DNA from: Candidatus Omnitrophota bacterium
GTDB lineage: Bacteria; Omnitrophota; Gorgyraeia; 2-01-FULL-45-10
Direction of reading: 5' to 3'
Length of the DNA stretch: 64,000 bases
Assembly: GCA_903843285.1 (NCBI GenBank)
Contig: CAIMPC010000068.1
Span: forward strand, 1,200-65,199
The notes under the pieces are model-generated. The model made no database searches, had not been told where the DNA came from, and saw only the letters and a list, made by a program, of their open reading frames with translations. Shown in pieces: positions 56,590-64,000 of the stretch. The first letter of the stretch is position 1; every line of letters begins with the position of its first letter. Both the position numbers and the translations under genes were made by a program.

Positions 56590-57630
56590 GTGAAACTATA
56601 CATAGCGGTGCTGATATCGTTTCTTTTTGTGCTTTTATCTATGCCGATATTTCGCTTCCTGGCGTTTAAATTTCGCATAGTCGATTTTCCCGGCAAGAGG
56701 AAGATGCACAGGACTATGACCCCGCTTCTGGGCGGCCTGGCGATTTATACGGGTTTCATTGTGGGCATGGCGATAAGTCCCGGCGTTATCATTAAGACCC
56801 TGCCCATACTGATCGGGTCCGGCCTGATACTGATACTCGGTCTCGTAGATGATATGCGGGGATTAAGCGCTAAAGTACGCATCTTCGTACAGCTTATCGC
56901 GGCGCTGATAGTAGTCTTATTCGGTGATAAAATCAGTCTTCTGCCGAGGTCCTGGTGGGGCGACACCATAGAGGTCATAGTATCGCTCGTGTGGATACTG
57001 GGCATAACGAACGGCTATAACTATCTGGACGGCCTCGACGGCCTTGCTGCAGGCTCTGCCGTTATAAACCTCTCGTGTTTTGCGATCATACTATTTATTA
57101 CCGGGCAATCTGCCTTATTTATTATGACATCGCTATTGGCAGGCGCATGCCTGGGGTTCCTACCGTATAATTTTATGAAGGGCAGGAGTAAAGTATTTCT
57201 GGGGGATGCGGGTAGCACGGTGATCGGATTTATTCTGGCCAGTATAGCGCTCGTCGGGTACTGGGCCGAAGGCGATATGGTCAAAATATTGATACCTGTG
57301 CTCATACTGGGAGTTCCGATATTCGATATGGTGTTCACGACGATCATGAGGATCGCGGAGAAGAAGATCAGAACCATTAATGAATGGCTTAAATACGCCG
57401 GTAAAGACCATTTCCATCATTATCTATTTGATATCGGCCTGGCCTCACCCGGGGCTGTAATATTCATATATTTCACTTCGATATCATTGGGACTCAGCGC
57501 TATAATAATCAGTCATGCGCATCCATTGATGGCGTTTTTAGCGGTGATGCAGGGTTTTATAATATTCGCCATGATAGGAGTGCTGATAGTATTAGGTAAC
57601 AGAAATCGTCGCCCGAACGGGGAAAATTAA
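56590..57630 (+). CDS. Undecaprenyl-phosphate sugar-1-phosphate transferase, MraY/WecA (GPT) family
   Basis: About 10 TM helices. DD in LVDDMRGL. NGYNYLDGLDGLAAG. GTG start. Confidence 0.75.
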   Translation: MKLYIAVLISFLFVLLSMPIFRFLAFKFRIVDFPGKRKMHRTMTPLLGGLAIYTGFIVGMAISPGVIIKTLPILIGSGLILILGLVDDMRGLSAKVRIFVQLIAALIVVLFGDKISLLPRSWWGDTIEVIVSLVWILGITNGYNYLDGLDGLAAGSAVINLSCFAIILFITGQSALFIMTSLLAGACLGFLPYNFMKGRSKVFLGDAGSTVIGFILASIALVGYWAEGDMVKILIPVLILGVPIFDMVFTTIMRIAEKKIRTINEWLKYAGKDHFHHYLFDIGLASPGAVIFIYFTSISLGLSAIIISHAHPLMAFLAVMQGFIIFAMIGVLIVLGNRNRRPNGEN

Positions 57631-57672
57631 TATTACCGGAAGCGCTACTTTTAAAGAAAGGGGTTTGGCACA

Positions 57673-58047
57673 ATGAAAAAGATACTGCTTATCGATGATG
57701 AGAAAGATTTTCTATATTTTATTAAAAAGGATTTCGAGCAGGGCGGCGCTTTTAAAGTGCTGACTGCCTCGAATGGCAGGGAAGGCATCGAGCTGGCTAT
57801 CCACCAAAGGCCAGATATCATAATACTGGATATCCTGATGCCCATAATGGGCGGGTTTGAAGTATTAAAACTGCTTAAGGGTAACAAGGATACAACCACG
57901 ATACCCGTCATTATGATGACGGCGATAGATAATAATGAGGCCAAGGATAAGGCGGCCGGCCTCTATGTGGAGGACTATATAGTTAAGCCTGTGTCGCTGT
58001 CAGAACTGAGGACGAAGATCGAAAGCGTATTGGCAAGGAAGATATGA
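57673..58047 (+). CDS. Single-domain response regulator (CheY-like receiver)
   Basis: KILLIDDEKD forms the acidic pocket. The phospho-acceptor Asp is in IIILDILMP. Conserved Thr and Lys positions. 124 aa. Confidence 0.8.
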   Translation: MKKILLIDDEKDFLYFIKKDFEQGGAFKVLTASNGREGIELAIHQRPDIIILDILMPIMGGFEVLKLLKGNKDTTTIPVIMMTAIDNNEAKDKAAGLYVEDYIVKPVSLSELRTKIESVLARKI

Positions 58048-58051
58048 ACGC

Positions 58052-58651
58052 ATGTATACAGAACTGAAACCGAGCCGCGTAGAGACGCTGTGCGATGGCA
58101 TATTTGCCATAGCTATGACGCTTCTGGTCGTGAGTTTCAACGACCTGGCAAGGTGGCCCGCCATAATGAATGAGGCGCAGGTCCGTAAGGAGATATTGGA
58201 TCTATTACCGGACTTCGCTTATTATGTCCAGAGCTTCATTATTTTAGGCGCGTTCTGGGTAGAGCATCATCACCAATTTCAATACATAAAGCACGTAGAC
58301 CTGACGCTTCTTTTTATAAATATCTTTGCATTCATGTTCGTCGCGTTGATACCGTTCTCCACTATGGTAGTGGGAGATTATGGGCACACGCGAATAGCGG
58401 CCATGCTATTTGAGATTAATCTTCTGATATCCGGCGCGTTGTTTTGTGTTCATTGGATATATGCGGCAAAGAAGCCCGGGATAGCGAATGAGAGACTTGA
58501 CAGCAAGACCGTAAATTTCTATATCCGAAAGAATCTGGTTGTTCCGATCATCTCGGCGATAGCAATAGGTATCTCAATAATCAATCCGCAAGTGGGCTCC
58601 TCGATGTATTTCGTGGTCCCAATAATTATATTCCTTCAAAGAGATAAATAA
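58052..58651 (+). CDS. DUF1211/TMEM175-like membrane protein (putative K+ channel family)
   Basis: The N-terminus RVETLCDGIFAIAMTLLV resembles the RxxxFSD signature region. About six TM helices. Confidence 0.55.
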   Translation: MYTELKPSRVETLCDGIFAIAMTLLVVSFNDLARWPAIMNEAQVRKEILDLLPDFAYYVQSFIILGAFWVEHHHQFQYIKHVDLTLLFINIFAFMFVALIPFSTMVVGDYGHTRIAAMLFEINLLISGALFCVHWIYAAKKPGIANERLDSKTVNFYIRKNLVVPIISAIAIGISIINPQVGSSMYFVVPIIIFLQRDK

Positions 58652-58754
58652 TATCAGCGAAGGCCCTTTCGACTTAAAGAGTCAGATCCCGGTCTTTGAC
58701 CTTGTCTAATGCAATGCACCATGTTATTATAAGAAAAAAGGAGCGTTTTTATAT

Positions 58755-59075
58755 ATGGCAACATATGAGGATTTTAAGAAATTAGAGTTCAGGATCGCAA
58801 AAATTAAAGATGTGCAGGATCATCCTAACGCCGATAGGCTTTATGTCATTACCGTAGATCTCGGCGATAGGACGAAGCAGGTCGTGGCCGGCATTAAGGG
58901 ATCAAATACGAAAGAGGAGCTCTTAGGCAAACAGGTAGTGATAGTGGATAATCTGGATCCGGCGGTCTTAAGAGGCGTTGAGAGCCAGGGGATGATATTA
59001 GCGGCTTCGGACGAGACCGGTGTTTTTGTAGTATCGCCTGCTCGCGAGATGAAATTGGGAAGCGTAGTGAAGTAA
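58755..59075 (+). CDS. tRNA-binding domain protein (CsaA / Trbp111-like)
   Basis: FRIAKIKDVQDHPNADRLYVITVDLGD is the OB-fold tRNA-binding signature. Confidence 0.7.
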   Translation: MATYEDFKKLEFRIAKIKDVQDHPNADRLYVITVDLGDRTKQVVAGIKGSNTKEELLGKQVVIVDNLDPAVLRGVESQGMILAASDETGVFVVSPAREMKLGSVVK

Positions 59076-59107
59076 GGCGATAGTTTATAGCATAGGAGCT
59101 TTGTCGC

Positions 59108-59184
59108 GTGCCTGTAGCTCAGTTGGATAGAGTACCTGGCTACGAACCAGGTGGTCGCAGGTTCGAATCCTGCCAGGCACGCCA
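59108..59184 (+). tRNA. tRNA-Arg(ACG): tRNA-Arg (anticodon ACG)
   Basis: Acceptor GTGCCTG/CAGGCAC, D-arm GCTCAGTTGGATAGAGT, anticodon stem-loop CCTGG-CTACGAA-CCAGG, T-arm GCAGGTTCGAATCCTGC, discriminator G and an encoded CCA. Confidence 0.9.
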
Positions 59185-59217
59185 GTTTGAGTCGGTCTGT
59201 GTATGGATTCGAAGTGT

Positions 59218-59310
59218 CTGCGTCATTCTGAGGAGGGTTTTAGCCCGACGAAGAATCTAAAAGCAAGATCCTTCGCTTCGCCCTACAGGGCTTCACTCAG
59301 GATGACAAGT
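59218..59310. repeat. MITE/REP-like intergenic element, copy C, immediately downstream of tRNA-Arg(ACG)
   Basis: CTGCGTCATTCTGAGGAGGG...CGACGAAGAATCT...CACTCAGGATGAC has imperfect terminal inverted repeats. It shares its cores with copies A and B. Confidence 0.5.
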
Positions 59311-59410
59311 TCTGGGCAAACTTACTCTGGAACTGAGTTATTACAATTGCGCTGACGAATAGGCAGGATAAGATGAAAATATCAAGTTACAGAAGGGCGC
59401 AATTTACATA

Positions 59411-59749
59411 GTGACTATAATATACAAAATAATCACGACAGGCGAACTAAAAGGTATGGCGTCCGGGACTTTTGGGAATATGGTAAAAGCGGTAGTCGAT
59501 ATCGATAGGGAGATTGTCGCGGTGGACGCCGAACTTCATTCCGACCTGGAAGCATTGCTTTTGGAGAATGGCTCGATGCAGAAAAATTTATGGGGGATCA
59601 ATCTTTATCCCGATATGGTCGGCGAGGACTTTATCGAGTTTGACTCATTAATTAACATCCGGCCGTCCCAGGGCAATAGAGGCCGCGGCGTGGAAGATGA
59701 AGATGTTCGGAACGAGATCTTACATGTGGTTGCCAAAAGGATAAAGTAA
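59411..59749 (+). CDS. Hypothetical protein (112 aa)
   Basis: Intact ORF following the tRNA and repeat. No recognisable motif. Confidence 0.3.
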   Translation: MTIIYKIITTGELKGMASGTFGNMVKAVVDIDREIVAVDAELHSDLEALLLENGSMQKNLWGINLYPDMVGEDFIEFDSLINIRPSQGNRGRGVEDEDVRNEILHVVAKRIK

Positions 59750-60082
59750 ATGGGGTATCAGCATAAAGATTTAGCATCAGGTCGTTGGAGTAAATTGTCA
59801 TTTCTGGAGCAGATGGCAAATATAGGAAGCGAAGTCGAGCGTGCATTAAACTGGCAGATAAAGAATAATACCTTATATAGCAGGAAGGCTTTTGAGCGCG
59901 CCCTCGAGCTTCTGGATCTGACGCTGGACAATACGACGGTCCCTGCCCATTTCAAGGAACTCACCCGTGCACGCGAGGCCATAGCGGATTATTTTGTCGG
60001 CACAAATGAATTCAAGTCTACCGGGATATCCTGGAGAAAATATTTTTTACCTTTTGCTCATGCTGTCCGTTCCCATCATTAA
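59750..60082 (+). CDS. Hypothetical protein (110 aa)
   Basis: Its start abuts the upstream stop (TAAATG). No recognisable motif. Confidence 0.3.
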   Translation: MGYQHKDLASGRWSKLSFLEQMANIGSEVERALNWQIKNNTLYSRKAFERALELLDLTLDNTTVPAHFKELTRAREAIADYFVGTNEFKSTGISWRKYFLPFAHAVRSHH

Positions 60083-60126
60083 AATTGAGACCACCCTCAG
60101 GCTTGAAATCTGTGAAATAACACAAA

Positions 60127-60591
60127 GTGACTATGACAAACTTAGATAATATTTACATGGCAGAGGCGATAAAGGAGGCCGCGCAGGCATTTGATGCCGA
60201 CGAGGTTCCGGTTGGCGCCGTTATCGTGCATAACGGCAGGATGATAGCAAAGGCGCATAATCAGATAAAATTATTGAAGGACCCTACCGCCCACGCCGAA
60301 ATGATCGCTATAACGCAGGCCGCCGCGCATCTGGGTAACGAGCGTTTGCCAGACGTGACCATATATGTTACAATTGAGCCCTGCGCGATGTGCGCAGGTG
60401 CGCTGATACTCGCACGCGTGAAGAGGCTCGTATTCGGCGCCGCTGACGCCAAGACAGGCGCTTTCGGCTCGGCATTAGATTTAAACAAGAAGAAGCTTAA
60501 TCATAAGATTTCTGTGACAAAGGGTATATTGCAGGATGATTGCGCATCCCTTTTGAAGGAATTTTTCAAAAAGAAGCGGCAACTGATTTAA
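60127..60591 (+). CDS. tadA: tRNA adenosine(34) deaminase TadA
   Basis: The HAEMIAI and PCAMCAGAL zinc-binding motifs of the CDA fold. 154 aa. Confidence 0.85.
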   Translation: MTMTNLDNIYMAEAIKEAAQAFDADEVPVGAVIVHNGRMIAKAHNQIKLLKDPTAHAEMIAITQAAAHLGNERLPDVTIYVTIEPCAMCAGALILARVKRLVFGAADAKTGAFGSALDLNKKKLNHKISVTKGILQDDCASLLKEFFKKKRQLI

Positions 60592-60593
60592 GC

Positions 60594-60685
60594 GGAGAGG
60601 TCGCCTAGTGGCCTAGGGCGGCGGTTTGCTAAACCGCTATGTGGGTAATACCGCATCGAGAGTTCAAATCTCTCCCTCTCCGCCA
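60594..60685 (+). tRNA. tRNA-Ser(GCT): tRNA-Ser (anticodon GCT), class II with a long variable arm
   Basis: Acceptor GGAGAGG/CCTCTCC, anticodon stem-loop GCGGT-TTGCTAA-ACCGC, ~20-nt variable arm, T-arm GAGAGTTCAAATCTCTC, encoded CCA. It starts 3 nt after the tadA stop. Confidence 0.85.
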
Positions 60686-60737
60686 ATATTTCCTCATGCT
60701 CGTTTCGTGTCCCGTAACATTACCGCGGAGGTCTCTT

Positions 60738-61124
60738 ATGCTGCCACTTAAGGTTACCGTCAGTAAAACAGGAAGCGGAATATTTACCATATTGCCGGCG
60801 GGGTCCATAGACTCCGACACTTACGAAATATTGGAAAAGAATGCGGATTTGGTATTTAAATCCGATCCAAAGGCTATTATATTCGATATGAAGGACGTCC
60901 AATATATATCGAGCATGGGAATAAGGGTTCTCCTCACAGTTAAAAATAAGATAGAGAGCCACGGCGGATCGTTCGTTATGATCAACCTACAACCGCAGAT
61001 ACGAAAAGTCCTCGACATAGTGAAGGCCATTCCGGGGCAGAATATATTTGAAAGCAGACAGGAGCTGGATCGATATCTCGCCATAATCCAGCAAAAAGAG
61101 ATAGATAAGAGGAAGCCTTTATAG
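60738..61124 (+). CDS. STAS-domain protein (anti-sigma-factor antagonist-like)
   Basis: RBS GGAG, then ATG at 60738. GSIDSDTYEILEKNADLVF...DMKDVQYISSMGIRVLL is STAS-like. The track ORF from 60639 overlaps the tRNA and is rejected as the start. Confidence 0.55.
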   Translation: MLPLKVTVSKTGSGIFTILPAGSIDSDTYEILEKNADLVFKSDPKAIIFDMKDVQYISSMGIRVLLTVKNKIESHGGSFVMINLQPQIRKVLDIVKAIPGQNIFESRQELDRYLAIIQQKEIDKRKPL

Positions 61125-62075
61125 ATGAAACGCGCCTTTCGGATATTAGTAGTAACGATTATTGCCCTATCGCTCTATTCGATGGTTCCTGTCGCGCTTT
61201 TATACCTGAAGAAACAGGTACGCCAGCCCACGAATGCCGAAACAGTAGAGACCCTGAAGGGCAATAAGGGGGAATACTTCGGTTTCATGGTTTTCGGGGA
61301 TAATCACGCCGGTTTCATACTCGACGATAGCGCCGCTATTAAAATATTCAGGAATATGAACAGGGAGGACCGGTTTAAGAAACTGCCGATAGATTTCGTC
61401 GCGAGCCTGGGCGATGTGACATTCTCAAAGGGCCTCGAGAGCGATTATTGCACATACGATAAACTGCGTTCGATATTGAAGTGGCCCATGATAAGCGCGA
61501 TGGGAAATCACGATTATCAGAAGGGCGGCTGGCGCAGTTTCAAGAAGCACATCGGAAGCAACGAATTCTCGTTCGTCGACCGCAATTCATGCTTTATCGT
61601 CCTGGACAATAATATAACGGATATATCCGAAGAGCAGTTTCTATGGCTGGAGGGGGAATTAATAAAATCAGCCCCTTATAAGCACAGATTCATCTTTATG
61701 CACAAATCACCGATCTCTCTTTATCAGAAATCATGGTTCAGGCCTGAGCTGGGCCAGTGGTCATATAAGGCGATGAAGCTGTTCCAGAAGTACGGGGTCG
61801 ATATAGTATTTGCGGGGCATGAACACATGTTCAGGGAGGGCACCTTCGGTGGAGTGCGCTATGTGACGAGCGGCGGCGGAGGAATGCTCATACAGATACC
61901 GGAATCCGAGGGCGGTTATTTACATTATATGGTAGTCAGGGTGTACGGAGACTATGTAGATTATGAGGTCAGGAAGGTATTTCCGCCGTTCTGGGAGTTT
62001 GTCACATACTATATGTGGAAAGAGGCATTCTATTGTCTTAGATCGGTATTTCTTAGGGACGGATTTTTGTTTTAA
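61125..62075 (+). CDS. Calcineurin-like metallophosphoesterase
   Basis: Motifs GDNHAG, GDVTF, GNHDY and GHEHMF. Confidence 0.7.
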   Translation: MKRAFRILVVTIIALSLYSMVPVALLYLKKQVRQPTNAETVETLKGNKGEYFGFMVFGDNHAGFILDDSAAIKIFRNMNREDRFKKLPIDFVASLGDVTFSKGLESDYCTYDKLRSILKWPMISAMGNHDYQKGGWRSFKKHIGSNEFSFVDRNSCFIVLDNNITDISEEQFLWLEGELIKSAPYKHRFIFMHKSPISLYQKSWFRPELGQWSYKAMKLFQKYGVDIVFAGHEHMFREGTFGGVRYVTSGGGGMLIQIPESEGGYLHYMVVRVYGDYVDYEVRKVFPPFWEFVTYYMWKEAFYCLRSVFLRDGFLF

Positions 62076-62084
62076 ATTTAAATC

Positions 62085-63179
62085 ATGAGAATACTTAGAG
62101 ATTATGTATTAAAGGAATTTTCCTATTCGTTTTTTCTGACGCTGGTGGTATTCACTTTCGTTTTTCTCGTGGGCAATATAATCACCCTCGCCAATTATAT
62201 AATCAATAAAGGCGTAGACCCCATCTCTGTATTAAAGCTCTTCGCATTTCTTGTCCCGTGGCTATTAAGTTTCACTCTACCGATAGCCGTCCTGACCGCC
62301 TCAATACTTGCATTCGGGCGCCTGTCTGCCGACGGGGAGCTTACCGCCATGAAGGCCAGCGGCATATCCCTCTACAGAATATCGATGCCGATCGTTATGG
62401 TCGGTATCCTGCTCAGTTTCTTTGCGTTCTACCTTAATGATCAGGTATCGCCGAACGCCTCATTTGCATCCAGGAGGGTGCTTAAGGAGATAGGTATACG
62501 CTCTCCTGCCGCGGCTCTCGAGGAGGGCACATTCATAAGGGGATTCGAGAACTATATAATATTTATTCATGAGATAAAACGAAATAAATTAAAGAATATA
62601 AGAATATATCAGCCACAGGAGAATAAGCCCACACGAACGATAGTGGCTGAGGCCGGCGAGATCAATTCTATTCCGGAAAAGAATCTCATAGAGCTGAAAC
62701 TTTATAACGGAACCAGCGAGGAACCATCCCCGACCGATCCCGACAGTTTCTATAAACTTAATTTTAAGACATATTTTATGTCGCTGGACCTTAGTAAGGT
62801 ATTTAAGAACGAGAAGATACAGAAGAAGACCAGGGAGATGACGATAAGTGAAATTAAAGCTGAGATAGCGAATTGCATAGACCAGAAGATCGATCCGACG
62901 CCACTGCGCGTGGAGATATATAAGAAGATAAATATTTCGATCGCCACGCTGATATTCGCGCTGATAGGCATACCCCTGGGCGTGAAGGCACAGCGAAGCG
63001 AGAAGTCTATAGGGTTCGTTCTGGGGTCCGTCCTTTTTGGCATATACTGGGCGGCGTTCTCGAGCATGCTTGTCGTAGCTTCCGGAGGAAGTATGCCTCC
63101 TTTTATCGCCGCGGCTCTGCCAAATGTAATATTCTTTGGGATCGGCGTGGTGTTGTTTGTTTGGACCGCAAGAAAGTAG
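62085..63179 (+). CDS. LptF/LptG-family (YjgP/YjgQ) LPS export permease
   Basis: The N-terminus ILRDYVLKEFSYSFFLTLVVFTFVFLVGNII matches the family. Six TM helices and a central periplasmic domain. Confidence 0.75.
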   Translation: MRILRDYVLKEFSYSFFLTLVVFTFVFLVGNIITLANYIINKGVDPISVLKLFAFLVPWLLSFTLPIAVLTASILAFGRLSADGELTAMKASGISLYRISMPIVMVGILLSFFAFYLNDQVSPNASFASRRVLKEIGIRSPAAALEEGTFIRGFENYIIFIHEIKRNKLKNIRIYQPQENKPTRTIVAEAGEINSIPEKNLIELKLYNGTSEEPSPTDPDSFYKLNFKTYFMSLDLSKVFKNEKIQKKTREMTISEIKAEIANCIDQKIDPTPLRVEIYKKINISIATLIFALIGIPLGVKAQRSEKSIGFVLGSVLFGIYWAAFSSMLVVASGGSMPPFIAAALPNVIFFGIGVVLFVWTARK

Positions 63180-63185
63180 GGTAAT

Positions 63186-64000
63186 ATGGCAGAAATTTAT
63201 GATATAGCGATAATAGGCGGCGGCCCGGCAGGGCTGACGGCAGGTCTATACACATGCCGCGCCAGGATGAAGACGATACTGGCAGAGAAGATGGTTTGTG
63301 GAGGCCAGGTGTTGATCACCGACGTAATAGAGAACTTTCCCGGATTTCCCGGAGGCATTAAGGGTCTGGAGCTTGCCGATTGGATGCTTAAGCAGGCGGA
63401 GCGTTTCGGGCTCGAGGTATTACCGGCGGAAGCGACGGCGTTAGTCTCTAAAAAGAACGCGAACGGGGCTTTTATCGTCGAGCTATCTGACGGCTCGAAG
63501 ATAGAGACTCTATCGGTGATAGTGTCTACGGGTGCCAGATGGAATAACCTGGGTGTCCCGGGGGAGAAGGAGCTTACAGGCCGCGGAGTATCTTATTGCG
63601 CCACGTGCGATGCGCCTCTATTTAAGGGTAAGGATGTCGCGGTCGTGGGCGGCGGTGATACGGCACTTGAAGACGCGCTATTTCTTACTAAGTTTGCGAA
63701 TAAAGTGACGATAATTCACAGGCGCGATCGCTTCAGGGGAACAAAGATCCTCCAGGAGCGCGTATTTGCCAATCATAAAATAGAAGTCGTATTTAATTCT
63801 ATAGTGACGAATATAAAAGGTACTAAGAAGTGTGAGTCTGTAGAAGTCAAAGATGTTAATTCGGGCATTACGAAGTCGATCAAATCCGACGGAGTATTCA
63901 TCTTAATAGGCATGACACCGAACTCCGAGATATTTAAATCGGCAGTGAAGACCGACGATAAGGGTTACATACTCTGTGACGATGATATGAAGACATCCGC
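63186..64000 (+). CDS. trxB: Thioredoxin-disulfide reductase TrxB, 3'-partial because it runs off the window
   Basis: FAD-binding motif IIGGGPAGLTAG. Redox-active CATC. NADPH-binding motif VVGGGDTALEDA. Confidence 0.85.
   Translation, partial: MAEIYDIAIIGGGPAGLTAGLYTCRARMKTILAEKMVCGGQVLITDVIENFPGFPGGIKGLELADWMLKQAERFGLEVLPAEATALVSKKNANGAFIVELSDGSKIETLSVIVSTGARWNNLGVPGEKELTGRGVSYCATCDAPLFKGKDVAVVGGGDTALEDALFLTKFANKVTIIHRRDRFRGTKILQERVFANHKIEVVFNSIVTNIKGTKKCESVEVKDVNSGITKSIKSDGVFILIGMTPNSEIFKSAVKTDDKGYILCDDDMKTS

Noticed and set aside
60639-60737. 5' extension of the STAS ORF, and the antisense ORF 60629-60820, overlapping tRNA-Ser
   Set aside because: They overlap the tRNA-Ser(GCT) gene. An RBS-preceded ATG at 60738 gives a normal STAS N-terminus.

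Overview
This is a 64-kb window from a diderm (Gram-negative-type) bacterium. Envelope markers present are lpxD, an LptF/G permease, BamE-like and OmpA-like genes and a Wza/Wzc/Wzx polysaccharide export set. Codon usage is ATA/AGA/AGG-rich, with moderate GC. Almost all genes are on the + strand.

Main content, in order:
(1) The first ~3.65 kb holds a 5'-truncated DUF4143-type AAA+ ATPase gene followed 18 nt later by an 808-aa fusion of an archaeo-eukaryotic primase (PrimPol) domain to an SF2 DEAH-like helicase. Both genes use CGT/ATT-type codons unlike the rest of the window, so this looks like a horizontally acquired replication or defence module.
(2) Housekeeping and redox genes follow: a DUF347-like repeat membrane protein, an RluB/RsuA-family pseudouridine synthase, a CmcI-like methyltransferase, and a COG0701 permease / thioredoxin-like / CcdA-like disulfide cluster.
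(3) A strong sigma70-like promoter precedes a 44-aa small ORF, a radical SAM/SPASM enzyme with a ~95-aa N-terminal extension, and a secreted beta-propeller protein.
(4) Then come a PMT/ArnT-like GT-C, a class-A beta-lactamase-like hydrolase, an MFS transporter, ispH, two tandem transglutaminase-like paralogs with a TPR protein, lpxD, tRNA-Arg(CCG), an S1C protease, OmpA-LysM, an ExeA-like ATPase translationally coupled to an HD-GYP protein, and wza.
(5) A compact RiPP-like island of about 6.3 kb sits between wza and wzc. It encodes a PqqD-like RRE, a radical SAM/SPASM maturase, a translationally coupled 52-aa Cys/Ser/Lys/Arg-rich candidate precursor peptide, an HPr-kinase-like kinase, an S26-like peptidase fused to a PF14907-like nucleotidyltransferase, and, on the minus strand, a methyltransferase and an ABC exporter. 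This is the best candidate for an undescribed system.
(6) A ~25-kb glycan locus runs from wzc to a WecA-like initiating transferase. It contains at least six methyltransferase domains (three are CmcI-like paralogs), a GT4-MTase fusion, a tandem GT9-GT9 fusion, DegT and a third radical SAM/SPASM enzyme.
(7) The 3' end carries a response regulator, a TMEM175-like channel, a CsaA-like protein, tRNA-Arg(ACG), tadA, tRNA-Ser(GCT), STAS, a phosphoesterase, LptF/G and partial trxB.

Three copies of a ~90-120 bp palindromic MITE/REP-like intergenic repeat occur, sharing the cores GCGTCATTCTGAGG and GAAGAATCT. A purine-rich ~44-bp leader motif is duplicated upstream of two adjacent genes. No CRISPR array, rRNA or integrase/transposase genes were seen. 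Coordinates I counted by hand, rather than took from the ORF track, may be off by about 1 nt.
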